Shown: positions 51,634-62,500 of the stretch, piece by piece | Position numbering within the stretch: the stretch's first letter is position 1 | Layout: each line of letters begins with the position of its first letter | Assembly (NCBI GenBank): GCA_031411295.1 | Contig: JANOAV010000187.1 | Coordinates: 52,341 to 116,340, forward strand | Source of the DNA: Verrucomicrobiales bacterium | Lineage (GTDB): Bacteria; Verrucomicrobiota; Verrucomicrobiia; Verrucomicrobiales; V1-33 | Direction of reading: 5' to 3' | DNA: 64,000 nucleotides | The notes under the pieces: generated by a model | Told to the model about the DNA's origin: nothing | The model's database searches: none | The model's input: only the letters and a program-made list of their open reading frames with translations | Translations under genes and position numbers: made by a program

Positions 51634-51953
51634 GCACGCGTTCCAAAGCAATTTCGGTGCTAATTGTTCTGCTGATTGAAAAAACTTGCGCTCTGACCGC
51701 TACAAAAACTGCTGCGCTTCTCTCTCCATTGAAGATCGAAAATGATGAAATCCGTAACGGCAGATTTTTGGACGCGGGTAAATGGCTGAATACCAGCGAG
51801 TTATGCAAAATCTCCATATTGGAGATTTCCCGGTTCAAAGCCCCGTGCAAAAATCCGCCGTTTGAAATCCGTCTAAAATGGAATTTTGTTATTGACCTCT
51901 CATCAGAAATGGGATACTTTAGGGTCCTATGAAAAAAGACTTCACTAACGTAA

Positions 51954-52532
51954 ATGGGGGGGGGTAATATTGCTCCTCGTAATTCAGACGGAGCACTTTG
52001 GAATTCGCCTTTGGGTAAGCGTGCGTTTCTCAAGAAAATGGGTGCGGGAACAGTGGCGACCTTAGTCATTATGGACGGGCTAAAGCTGGACGCATTTTGC
52101 ACCGAAACTTATTACGTCGTCGCAGGCACCGAGCACCTTTACGAGGTAGTTTATGAAGCGAAATCAGATCTATCAGCCGTGATTGTATTAGACCTTGATA
52201 ATGACCCGGGGAGTTCTTTTACGAGTTCCCCAATCTATCAGCAAGCCTTGGCTAATAAGTTCAAAACGGATTATTTGACAGACATTAGCCTGTTCGAACC
52301 GGATCGGGCCACTTACCATACTGTCGTTAATTATGCGCGGACCGGCTCAATCGGGTCTGGACCATCAACCCCTTACGCGGCCCCTGAGATTTCATATGAA
52401 GGCCCAACCTTCATTTCCCCAATTGGCAAATGGCGAATTACCGCAACGATTACGATTTCGGAAGGGTATCAACATAGTATAACCTACCCTTACGATGGCA
52501 CGTATGTAGGCAGCCGCAATGTTCAATTCTAA
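51954..52532 (+). CDS. Hypothetical protein with Tat-like signal; G9 tract at the 5' end
   Basis: KRAFLKKMGAGTVA; an upstream ATG at 51929 is out of frame across G9. Confidence 0.6.
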   Translation: MGGGNIAPRNSDGALWNSPLGKRAFLKKMGAGTVATLVIMDGLKLDAFCTETYYVVAGTEHLYEVVYEAKSDLSAVIVLDLDNDPGSSFTSSPIYQQALANKFKTDYLTDISLFEPDRATYHTVVNYARTGSIGSGPSTPYAAPEISYEGPTFISPIGKWRITATITISEGYQHSITYPYDGTYVGSRNVQF

Positions 52533-53692
52533 TGCAGAAAAATATTTTCAACTGGGATTTCCGGCAACGATTTGCGGCAGGAGCAGCATTGGGGTTGATT
52601 GCTTTTGCAATCATCACGTTGATTCAAGCGTATACCGATGCTCCTCAACGTCCCATAACGGCTGTGGACCAGATAAATACTCAACCTGTTTCTAGGGCGT
52701 ATGCACAAACACAAAAGCCGACGACCAAGGAACATAGCGGGCAGGCAGCGGATGCGCCAGCTATTGCGGCTATTCCGAAGCTCCTAGAGCTACATTACGC
52801 TGAATTCATCGACGGCAAACGCACTCGAATAGATTGGGAGTTTGAGTGGCAGGAATTAGCAAAAAGCGATTGGTGCCTGGCTTTGAGTTTACTAAAATGT
52901 TCAAGACTTGAAGAAGGGGGGGATCCGTTTCGCTTCCGAGCGTTTGTTGCGGGGCTACCCCAAGATGTGTCCGCAGGTGAGGTCATCGCGCTGGCCAAAA
53001 ATAAACTGCCAAAGATGGAACTGGCCGAGTTGGCTAAGCTGTTGCTTCCAAGAACATTAAGCCTTGGACCGGACGGCGTGGCTTCATATATAGCTCAGAA
53101 TTCGCAAAATCTGGAAGCATCCTCGTTGGCGATTTCCTTAGCCAAAGCATCCACACAAGCATCGGATCCGTTCAAATTCATTTCCGATATCTATACAAAA
53201 GTGACATCCTCTTCTGAACTAGCAGGTGGTGAGGGTTGCGCCTCCTTTGCCCTAAAATTACTATGCGCACGGCAAAATTTGAAAGAATCTGAGGTTACTG
53301 ACAGATTGTCATTTGTAACTGGTCTCCCTAATCCAGTGTTGCGAAATGAATTATCTGAGGATATAGCCTATCACAACTCAGCAACTGCTGCAAAATATCT
53401 AGCTAATGCATCTGACAGTAAGTTAGCCGGAACAGCTATGGCGTTTTGGAGCCGAACGGACGCGATTAGTGCGGGCGAATGGCTGGTGGCGAATAAATCT
53501 AGTGCCCGAAATGCCGATGTGCTAATCGCGGGGTATGCGGCAGCAATAAGCGATACTGATAGTGGCGCTGCGGACGAGTGGCTCAGGGTTGGAGGGGACG
53601 CAGCGAAAATCCATTTCCCACGACTTCAAAGTGTTTTGGCGACGCGAATCAAATCAGTGCTCGTTGACACAAACTCAAAAAACAAGAACTGA
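52532..53692 (+). CDS. Hypothetical membrane-anchored helical protein
   Basis: N-terminal TM; WxxxDxxxAxxW repeats; TAATG coupling with the upstream gene. Confidence 0.7.
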   Translation: MQKNIFNWDFRQRFAAGAALGLIAFAIITLIQAYTDAPQRPITAVDQINTQPVSRAYAQTQKPTTKEHSGQAADAPAIAAIPKLLELHYAEFIDGKRTRIDWEFEWQELAKSDWCLALSLLKCSRLEEGGDPFRFRAFVAGLPQDVSAGEVIALAKNKLPKMELAELAKLLLPRTLSLGPDGVASYIAQNSQNLEASSLAISLAKASTQASDPFKFISDIYTKVTSSSELAGGEGCASFALKLLCARQNLKESEVTDRLSFVTGLPNPVLRNELSEDIAYHNSATAAKYLANASDSKLAGTAMAFWSRTDAISAGEWLVANKSSARNADVLIAGYAAAISDTDSGAADEWLRVGGDAAKIHFPRLQSVLATRIKSVLVDTNSKNKN

Positions 53693-53755
53693 ACCAGCCT
53701 CCTGCCCGGTAAGCAGGAGAAGATCGCATTCAGCGATTGGTGTTACAGCAATACT

Positions 53756-54556
53756 ATGCCTCTTATTTACACATTAGCCTTTGATCCGCCAAGCAAGAGG
53801 AACCACGCTTTGATGGCCAAACTCTTAGTAGGCAGTTTACAGAGAACATTTTTCTCTGGCGATATTGTCATTTTTCGGAATACGCCACAACCAATTTTTC
53901 TTTCCCAACGCGAGAATGTTGAAGAAATTTATCTGCCTGAGCCCCACGAAGGCTGGGCTCAGTCCATGGCATGGAAATGGAAGGTTTTGGAGAAGTTGGA
54001 TGTGGAAAAATATGACCGCGTTTTATTCCTTGATTGCGATTGTCTCGCGCTGCGTAATCTGGACCACCTCTGCGCGGGAGATTGGGATTTTTTCTACCAG
54101 CCTGAACTGGACAGTATTGATCAATGGTGCTACAACTGTTTCCTGACAGATGAGATGCTGGTAAAAGAAAAATGGCGCATTGGGGCAAACGCAGGAACAG
54201 TAGGCTTCCGTGGCTCTAAATGCCGAGAAATCGCAAGGAAATGGGGCGAAATTAATGATAGTCCTCCTGCGCCTGGAAGGCAAGCTTGGGGTGAAGATCA
54301 AGCCGCGCTCAATCGGCTAATCGTTGATGCTCCGAAATACGGATGGAGGAGGAGGCCCTTTGAGCGAGGCGAAATTCAGTTTCCCCTGCTACATCATCCC
54401 CATTGGCGAAATTTCATGACGAGCGCCCTGTTACATGCTGCGGCTGGTGGACATGAAAACACCCCTGAAAAGAAGCTCCAATTTCTTTATGGGGTCTTTG
54501 CGCAACGTTTCCTGCATCGTGGGGATGGTAGCATGATTGATCTTTTCGAACCTTGA
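53756..54556 (+). CDS. GT-A fold glycosyltransferase (GT8-like)
   Basis: LFLDCD (DxD), NAG, EDQAALN. Confidence 0.7.
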   Translation: MPLIYTLAFDPPSKRNHALMAKLLVGSLQRTFFSGDIVIFRNTPQPIFLSQRENVEEIYLPEPHEGWAQSMAWKWKVLEKLDVEKYDRVLFLDCDCLALRNLDHLCAGDWDFFYQPELDSIDQWCYNCFLTDEMLVKEKWRIGANAGTVGFRGSKCREIARKWGEINDSPPAPGRQAWGEDQAALNRLIVDAPKYGWRRRPFERGEIQFPLLHHPHWRNFMTSALLHAAAGGHENTPEKKLQFLYGVFAQRFLHRGDGSMIDLFEP

Positions 54557-54578
54557 GCAGAACTACAACACCCAAAAA

Positions 54579-55271
54579 ATGATTTTCGAGGATACTTTTC
54601 CACTCAGGCTTTACATAAATTTGGCTTATCGCGAAGACCGGCGGGCGGATTTGGAAATGGAATTCTTCACCCATGGCTTCGTTGCGGAACGCTTCCCTGC
54701 AATCGATAGGCGCTGGCTGAAGGCACGGACCTTCCCGTCCCCGGTGGCCTTATCAGGAAAAGTAGAACTAAAACCAGGGTTGGCGGCCACAGCCTTGAGC
54801 CTCCGCATGGCTCTGCGCGAGGCGGAACGGCGCCAGGCCATGCAGGTCTTATTGTTCGAGGATGATGTCGCGTTTGCACCAAATTTCGCAGCGAGTTTCT
54901 CCCAACTCGTTTTGCCAGCAGACTGGGGCATCCTGTTGCTAGGTTGCCGGCACTTGGAGCCACCAATTCCAGTCACCGATGGGCTAGTGCGCTGCACTGC
55001 GGCACGTGATTCACACGCCATTGCCATCCGCCAAGAACACTACCGCACCGTGCGAAAAATACTTGGGTGTGCCAAAAACCGAAAATTAATTTGGGGCAAT
55101 GGGATCGCTGGCGTCTTCGATCAGATTCAAAGTGCAATTCCGACTTATGCCGCTTACCCAAATTTGGTCTGGCAGAGGTCCGGCTACAGCAACGCGCAGA
55201 GCAAGGAGGTAGCCAATTATGATGAAAATGGCGAGGAACTTAGAGATTTGGAGTCGAGGACCATTTGTTGA
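54579..55271 (+). CDS. Glycosyltransferase family 25-like
   Basis: YINLAYREDRR, ERFPAID, LFEDD. Confidence 0.8.
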   Translation: MIFEDTFPLRLYINLAYREDRRADLEMEFFTHGFVAERFPAIDRRWLKARTFPSPVALSGKVELKPGLAATALSLRMALREAERRQAMQVLLFEDDVAFAPNFAASFSQLVLPADWGILLLGCRHLEPPIPVTDGLVRCTAARDSHAIAIRQEHYRTVRKILGCAKNRKLIWGNGIAGVFDQIQSAIPTYAAYPNLVWQRSGYSNAQSKEVANYDENGEELRDLESRTIC

Positions 55272-55424
55272 TGCCGGTAGGCAGGAAGCCCTATTTACGT
55301 GCATCTGAAGGTCAGCGGGTCAGTGAGGCAAAAATGTGACCGCCACACTGGGCCGAACCGCAGCGGACTACAATTATGATTCGGCCAGGCGGTGCTGGAT
55401 TCGCAAAACAAAACACAGCAAGCC

Positions 55425-57728
55425 ATGAAGCTCATCCTCCATCATTTCCGCTGGCTAACGTATCAATTGCGCTGGTGGATCATGGCCTATGTGGCACTCT
55501 GGTTAGTTTATGGAATCGGGATGTGGTTCATTCAGCCGGATAGCGTGGTGTTGAAGATGATCGCCATCTGGGGCTGGGTGCTGCCGTTGGTGGGCGGTAG
55601 AATCATGTTGAGTGCGGTGTGGCGGGATCGGGTCGTGGGCACGGATGGCTTCTGGCGCGGCCGCCCATTGCGCGCGGCCGGCTTGTGGACCGCTCAGTGG
55701 CTGCTGTTGTTGCTCTTGGCGCTTCCTCCGGTGGTTTCGTGGGTGTGCAATGGCGCGATCTTAGCGAATACTCCGGAACAGTGGTGGTCCGGGCTGGATG
55801 ATTTGGGATTCATCTGCCTGCCTTTGCTGGTTGGGGCGACGCTGGGGTCCTTTGCCACGAGGGCCTATTCGGTGGCCGCCATTCTCGCTCTGGCCGGAGC
55901 CTGTTGGGTGGGTGGGGGCTTGCTGTTCGTGAACTATGATTGGGTGCCTTGGTCAAACTTAGGCCAAGAGGGAATCCAGTATCGGCAAATGGTTAGATTC
56001 AAAATGGGTCTGGTTCTATCCAGCATCGTTGCGGTGATCGCATGGGCTAGGGGTGTGGTCCGCGGCCAACGATGGGTTCGGGGTATTATGCTGGGGCTGG
56101 CGTTGTTGCTCGGCCCGTTAGCCGCTGCTTGGTTGTGGCTGGAAAACCCCGTGGAAAGAGCACAGGCGCTGCCGGGTAAGTTCTCCTTCGCAGGGCATTA
56201 TCAGCCAGGTTCCCAGCCCGTGCGCTTGGCCTTTGCTGGTCTCCCTGCAGGACTGGTGCCGGAGGTGAAACTGCCGGATCTCTACCTGCGGAGCGTTAAT
56301 CCTACCACGGACATCGCTTCCGCTGACCTAAAGGCCTTCCCTGGCCGCCAGGGAGGCCAGTTTATGGAATCGTCTGTGCCCTCCGAAGAAATCAAGGAGA
56401 CGCTGCCGATGGATACTCAATGGTATCTAGACCCTGCGCCTCCGTCCAGACCTTGGTTGGTAACTTTTCCTGGGAATTCTGGCCCGTGGACCATTTCAGG
56501 CGGCATCCTGGGATTGCTCAGGAGGCAGACACTGCTGGGCAGTCTGCCCTTGGCAGCAGAATCCAGCGCGCGACACGAGGGCACCCTGCTGCAAATGAAG
56601 ACTTATTGGGGCGATGAAGCGCATCTTGCGATGACCGTCAGAGTTTATCGCGCGGTTAGTCCTCAGTCCCGAACCGTAAATCAAATTCGCCAGAGCGTCT
56701 CGCCTCTTCCGTCTTCAGTTCACGTCATCCCGATTGCCTATTTCCCAGCCTTGCACTTGGCTGTGGCGCACAATCCGATCCCATGGGATGAACTTTCAGG
56801 CGGTCTGCAGGTCCGCAGTGGGGAGATCGAATGGCAAGTGGATTTACCCGCTGGCGCGGCTGGTCGGGGAGTTCAGTTTACGCCAGAGAACCTGCTGGGA
56901 GCCAAACTATTCCTCTACGAGGAGCGCACAATCGCTGACTTCCGTGCCACGGCAAACGAGGAACCTATCTCAGTGGATATCCCCAGTGCGTTGGAGCAAA
57001 AGGTCGCACGTTTGGCGTCCAGTGAGGATTCCGCGCGAGCCCATGCAATTGAGAAAATTCTGGACGCAGGCGATACCGGACTGCGTGCGTTGGTAGCGCG
57101 CCGTTGGAATGAAGCATGGTTTCCTAACTTTGCCGGGCCCTTGCTGGAGCATGGTCCAGACGAGCTATTATCAGAAGCCCTAGCACAAGATCAACGCTGG
57201 GCGCAATTGGCACAGAAACAAGGCCTGGCGGCACGCGTAGCCACCCTCCTCCTGCCAGAGTTGCGGCACAGCGGTCGCAAACTTAGCCCAACAGAACTCC
57301 TGATGCTCTTGGATAAAATTTCTCCCGCAGACTATCCCGCCCTGAGTCAGCAAGTCAGACGCTTGGGTCCAGGACTGTGGCGTTGGGAGGAAGCAGGCCC
57401 GCACGCCCTGCTGTGGCGGGCTTTGCGGGCCCTGCCGGGATTCGATTGGAAATCGCTCGCACGTGAACAATGGCAGCAAGTTTACACCGAAGACAAGGTC
57501 TGTCAGGGTATTCAAGTTCTGGCAGCCCTAACGGGGGACGCCACTGCGTTCAACGGCTTGGCGGAATCGGAGTCGTTGGAGGCATCGGCTGGTCCTGAAG
57601 TGGCAGAGCTAGCGAATCTGGTGGAGGATCTGCCGCCTAGCGGATCAGAACAGACACCTTGGCTGCAACAACGCTGGGGCTATTTCACTTGGGATGCAGC
57701 GCTGGGGAGATTCCGCGCCCAAAGGTGA
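55425..57728 (+). CDS. Membrane protein with ABC-2-permease-like N-terminus and large soluble domain
   Basis: About 7 TM segments; D...FWRGRP motif. Confidence 0.65.
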   Translation: MKLILHHFRWLTYQLRWWIMAYVALWLVYGIGMWFIQPDSVVLKMIAIWGWVLPLVGGRIMLSAVWRDRVVGTDGFWRGRPLRAAGLWTAQWLLLLLLALPPVVSWVCNGAILANTPEQWWSGLDDLGFICLPLLVGATLGSFATRAYSVAAILALAGACWVGGGLLFVNYDWVPWSNLGQEGIQYRQMVRFKMGLVLSSIVAVIAWARGVVRGQRWVRGIMLGLALLLGPLAAAWLWLENPVERAQALPGKFSFAGHYQPGSQPVRLAFAGLPAGLVPEVKLPDLYLRSVNPTTDIASADLKAFPGRQGGQFMESSVPSEEIKETLPMDTQWYLDPAPPSRPWLVTFPGNSGPWTISGGILGLLRRQTLLGSLPLAAESSARHEGTLLQMKTYWGDEAHLAMTVRVYRAVSPQSRTVNQIRQSVSPLPSSVHVIPIAYFPALHLAVAHNPIPWDELSGGLQVRSGEIEWQVDLPAGAAGRGVQFTPENLLGAKLFLYEERTIADFRATANEEPISVDIPSALEQKVARLASSEDSARAHAIEKILDAGDTGLRALVARRWNEAWFPNFAGPLLEHGPDELLSEALAQDQRWAQLAQKQGLAARVATLLLPELRHSGRKLSPTELLMLLDKISPADYPALSQQVRRLGPGLWRWEEAGPHALLWRALRALPGFDWKSLAREQWQQVYTEDKVCQGIQVLAALTGDATAFNGLAESESLEASAGPEVAELANLVEDLPPSGSEQTPWLQQRWGYFTWDAALGRFRAQR

Positions 57729-57740
57729 ATCGTAACCGCG

Positions 57741-57830
57741 CCTGTGGAGGGCGAGGTAACTAGACCCACTGCACGCCAAGTAGAATCTACGCTGCGTGGT
57801 GCTGGTCTCCTTACGTCGCCCTCCACGGGG
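57741..57830. repeat. Long imperfect inverted repeat (REP/MITE-like)
   Basis: GTGGAGGGCGA..AGACC..CACGC..GTAGA / TCTAC..GCGTG..GGTCT..TCGCCCTCCAC. Confidence 0.65.
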
Positions 57831-57833
57831 CAT

Positions 57834-58763
57834 TTAAATTCGGCATCGACTAAACTGAAGCCTCCAACCAATCAGCCCGCACGACGCAAAGCCAAAGACT
57901 TGCAGCGATCCGTGAATCGCCCACATCCGAGGAATGTGGAGCCAGGCCAACGGGACCCAGAAACGCAGTGCATAGAGCAGGGCGAAGGTCGTGGCGAGGC
58001 CAAGCGAAGCACCAGAAAGAGCCAGCCACCACGACCGAATCTGTAGCGCATACCGCAACTGACAGAGGCTCAGCAAGAGCACGAAGCAACAGAAGCTTCC
58101 CGCCAGAATGGATTCCAGTGCCAACGGGAATCCCAGTTTTGTTGAAGTGATTCCGCCAGCCACCATGGCTACTCCACCGGCGGAACCAACCGCCGCCATG
58201 CGACAAACCCAGTTCTCGTTCCGCGCCAACAAGAACCCGGCCATCAACGGTAGGATGAAGCCAGCAAAGTGAAAATGCGCTGCCGTGAGTCGGACTATTT
58301 GGGGATCGAACCCCAGCGGTTGATACCGGCTGTAGTCCGCCAGCAACCACGCGGCACCCACCGGAAGTTGGAGCCACCCGAACAGCGAAATTTTGCGAGC
58401 CAGAGCAGTCGATTCCTTTTTCAACACCGACCAAGCCTGCCACCCCATCAGCAGGGATAATCCAAGCCAGGGCAGCACCAACGAGGAACGCGCGAAACCT
58501 TCTGGTGCCAAATTTGCCATCGCCAGGCAGTTCATCGTTGGCAATTGCAACTGGGCGATCCATTTCCCCAGTGCGGAATCCATGGCTGTGAAATCAACTG
58601 CCATCAGCGCGCGGGAAAATGGAACGAGCACCCAACCGCCAAGGAAAATGAGCACCAATGGCCAGTCGAAAGACATCGGTTCTGGTCGATGCACCAGCAT
58701 GAGCAGAAGCCACAGGACTAACCCGATGGCCGCATTGGTGCGCTCTTGCTTAACCAGCGACAT
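57834..58763 (-). CDS. YndJ-family membrane protein
   Basis: IVRLTAAHFHFAGF, MWAIHG; paired with a DUF1990 gene. Confidence 0.8.
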   Translation of the reverse strand: MSLVKQERTNAAIGLVLWLLLMLVHRPEPMSFDWPLVLIFLGGWVLVPFSRALMAVDFTAMDSALGKWIAQLQLPTMNCLAMANLAPEGFARSSLVLPWLGLSLLMGWQAWSVLKKESTALARKISLFGWLQLPVGAAWLLADYSRYQPLGFDPQIVRLTAAHFHFAGFILPLMAGFLLARNENWVCRMAAVGSAGGVAMVAGGITSTKLGFPLALESILAGSFCCFVLLLSLCQLRYALQIRSWWLALSGASLGLATTFALLYALRFWVPLAWLHIPRMWAIHGSLQVFGFASCGLIGWRLQFSRCRI

Positions 58764-59331
58764 AAGCTTGCATGGCTGATTTCGAGTCCCTCACAAACCG
58801 TCGCTGCCATCGTCTTGCCAGAGGTTTGGCCAGTCGGGTCATCCAGTAGCGTGGACGGGAGAAGGCTTGAATTTCATACCAGACGGAATCGTCCTCCCGC
58901 CATGTGACGGTGAATCGTTCCTCCCCGCATTCCACATGGCCCGGCAGCGTGCCGTAGGCGAATCCAAGGCGGCGTTTGGCTCCGCCAACATTCGTGTCAT
59001 CCACTTCATAAACGATGCGAGCGGCCGAGGTCCAGTGGATACCCAGCAAACGAAACAAAAGCACCACAGAGCCGCCTTCAGTCTGCGCTGCGTTAGGCGG
59101 AAGGACCTCCGTCCACCCGGCCGGAAACATCTTCCATGCCCGCAAACCAGCCACCGCCTTGGCAAAGACAGCTTCACCTGATCCTAAGCGAATTTCATTC
59201 CGATCATGCTCGTAGCCTAGAGGAAACTCACCCCGAGTAGAACCAACCTCCGGATACGTCGGGAGCAATAGCGATTGTTGCTGCGCCAAAGTTGTCAGGG
59301 CTTTGCCGGACGGTTGTTTCAAGTGCCACAT
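58750..59331 (-). CDS. DUF1990 family protein
   Basis: TYPEVGST, GFAYGTLPGHVECGEERF, AFSRP. Confidence 0.88.
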   Translation of the reverse strand: MWHLKQPSGKALTTLAQQQSLLLPTYPEVGSTRGEFPLGYEHDRNEIRLGSGEAVFAKAVAGLRAWKMFPAGWTEVLPPNAAQTEGGSVVLLFRLLGIHWTSAARIVYEVDDTNVGGAKRRLGFAYGTLPGHVECGEERFTVTWREDDSVWYEIQAFSRPRYWMTRLAKPLARRWQRRFVRDSKSAMQAYVAG

Positions 59332-59530
59332 AACATACCTGTCAATCAAGTCAGGACATTAGCAACAGAACTTTCTGTAAAATACGAAATAAAAAGCAAG
59401 CCTAATGGTCCGCACAGTCCTCTGTGCCAGAAATGAAATACCTGCCTGACAAAGGATTTACAATTTGAGGCGATACAAACGCCTGTGGAGCAGCGTATAA
59501 TGGAACCTAACTCTGACGCCATTTTGCCTT

Positions 59531-62500
59531 ATGAAATACTCCCACCTCTTCTCTGGCCTGCTTTCGTTGCTCGTTGTTCCGTCGCTTTATGCGCAGTTGT
59601 CGGAGGCCGAGGAATTATTGCGCGGCAAGCAATCCGCTGAGGCTGCGGTCAAGCTTGCAGCGGTGCCTGCGGAGCAGAAGGCGGATGGATATGCGGATTG
59701 GCTGCGAGCCGTGGCGTTGTATCAATTCAGGAAGCAAACGGAGGCGATTGCGGCTACAGAGGCAGTGCCGGAAAATTCGCGATGGTTTCGGAAGGCACGT
59801 TTGTTGAAGGCGCGCGCGTTGTCTAATTTGAAGAAACATGCCGAGGCGGCGACGATCTATGCTGCCGAGGCCACGCGCGCGCTGGCTTCTGCGCGGAAGG
59901 ATGAACTGGCTGGGTTGCTAGTAGCGTTTGGCGATGAAGTGGGGCGTGAGCCTGCGGCGGGGGAGATCGAGGCACCTCCTGCGGATGTTGCCCGGACCGC
60001 ACGACTCTACCAGCAGGCGCTGGAGGTGGATTACCTAACGCCGAAGTTTCAGGATGAAACGATGTTTAAGCTGGCGGTGGCGTATCAGAAGCTGAATCAG
60101 CATCAGAACGCGCTGCGGTTGTTGAACGATTATTTGATTCAGTTTGATAAGTCGTGGCAGGCGATAGAGCTAACGGAGGTGGCAGGCTGTCGCTCCGTGG
60201 TTTTCAGACAATGGAAAAGAATTTATATTAAAGCCAGATGCGATTCGACAACTATACACGTTCCAACCGATGGTGGCTTCAGCCAACGGGCGCGCACTAA
60301 TGCTGATGTCGAAAGGCCAAATCTTAGCAGGGTTGATGCCTCCCAAAAATTCAACGGATCACGTCGGTGAGGTGCTGGCCCAGCCTCAGAGCTTAGCCAC
60401 GGGCGGTGGCGTTTTTGATACTGAAAGCGAGATGCCCGTCAGCTTGAAAGGGGTTCCTGCGGAGAAGGTGCGGCCTAACTCCGATTTCTTCGCCTCGCCT
60501 GACGAACTGATTGCTGTGCTGGGTGAACGGCAACGAATGAGTGGCCATTTGAATCCCAGCTTTGGGATCACACTTCATCCCGCAGTAAATCCAGCATCCG
60601 AACTCCTGGCCAGACTGACGCTAATCAAACGGCTGCAAACAGGTGATGAAGGGATGAGAAACCATGCTGCCACGCTTCTGCCACGTTGCGAGGATCTAGT
60701 TAGTGAAATTGTTTTGCAAGAGGATGATGGCGGCTGGGCTTGGGATGGATTGGATATTTCCCCAGACATCTTGGTCACGGCTCAGACTTGGTGGGTGCTG
60801 CGTGCGGCCAAGGAAGCGGGCATCACGGTGAGCGATAAATTGAAGGCGAGGGTGGAAAAATTTATAGATAGCAACTATGGCGGCGTTCCAGCGGACGATT
60901 ATGAAAAGAAGGCCGCCGTGCTTCATGCCATGGCAGCGGCGGGTCGGGCGGATTATGCCAATGCCGCTCCATTGCTTCGCGCTCGTGATCAACGCACTGA
61001 TTGCAGCTTGGCTTTCTTAGCCGCTGCATTGGTTCGCATGGATCGCAGCGATGAAGCGGCTCAGTTGTTAAAACTCTTGGAAGCCCATGCTAAACAAGGG
61101 AAGGTGGGCAACATTTCCACGGCTTGGTGGCAAGGCAGCAAGAGTATCGTGCGACTGAGTGAACCAGAATTGGTTACCTCCATGGCTCTGTGGTGCTACG
61201 CCAAGCTGGACGCCAGATCAGCCATGGGAGGTGCTGCAGCGAATTGGCTGATCGGTTCCCGCATCATGGCGGTGGATGGCGGAAGCCGTGCCACGGGCGT
61301 GGCAGTGGTGGCATTGGATGCGTGGTTCAGTGGTGAGAACGACTGGAAGGCTCCGTTTGATTTGGAGGACCGAAATTTCGATAAGGCGAAGAGCCTTAAG
61401 GAAGGCCCTATTCCATTGGTCGCTCCGGTCGGTGGCGAGTATCATTTCAAAGTAACACCGCCAGCCGGAAAGAAGATCATCGTGAGCGCGATTCTGTCAG
61501 GCACACCCACTGAAATCACCGATCCCAAACCCTGGGTGCATCCGGAAATTTCCAGCCGGAAATATTTTCATGACACGTTGCTGCAAGGCGACAATTCACT
61601 AAATTCTCCCAGCACGAGTCCGGTGGAAAAGGTTGAAATGGGGCAACGGGTGCGGGTGGAAGTGAAGCTGAAAAGCACGGCGGAAGATGGGGCGAAGCAT
61701 CCGCAGTATTTGGTGTGGGATGAACCGATTCCATCCTGCTTTGCCTTGGTGCCAGGCTCGCTGGAGGGGAATTGGAACAATCTGGAACTGCCGCCAGGGC
61801 ACATTCGGCTAACGTATGGCCCCGGTGTCATTCAGCCGCTGAAATATGAACTCGTGGCGGTGGTGCCGGGTGAATCCACAGCGGGTGCCAGCATCATTTC
61901 GGATGCTTATGATCCCACGAAATTCCGCCCCGGCACGGCGGCCAAATTAGCGGTGTTGGCACCGGGTGAGAAATCGCCTGACGTTTATGCGATGAATCAG
62001 GCGGAACACTTCGAGTTGGCAAAACTGACGTTTGATGAGGGCAACTCCGAAGAGTGTCTGAAGCACCTGGAGGCGCTGGCACCGTCCGCCCGCAAGGCTG
62101 AATACGAGAAGGATCTGGCCCGCATGAAACTGTGGTTGCTAACCGACAAAGCCGATGGCGATGCCGCACAAATTGTCTCTGCATTTGCAACGCTGAACGA
62201 GCGTCATCCTAGCCTCGTGATGCCCTTCGATCGCATTCTGCGAGAGGGTGCGGCTTATCAGAAAATTGGTGAGCATGAACGCGGGGCTTATGTAATCAGC
62301 GCTGCGCTGGATGCCAATTTCCTGACAGATGCCCGCATCAGTGTCTCCTTGGAGGACAATGGCGATTATGCTGGCAGCGTGGACTTCCAGGAACGTCTCT
62401 GGTTCGATGCTCCTGATAGCGACGATCCCCGCTCCGCTTATTTTGCACTGAGCCAGGGCTTGTTCCGCAAGGCGAATGAGGCGGGCAAAATTGCAGTTAG

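Noticed and set aside
51646..51663. Sigma54-like TTAGCAC-N5-TTGCT upstream of ureB
   Set aside because: Lacks the invariant GG at -24 and would leave almost no leader; not supportable.
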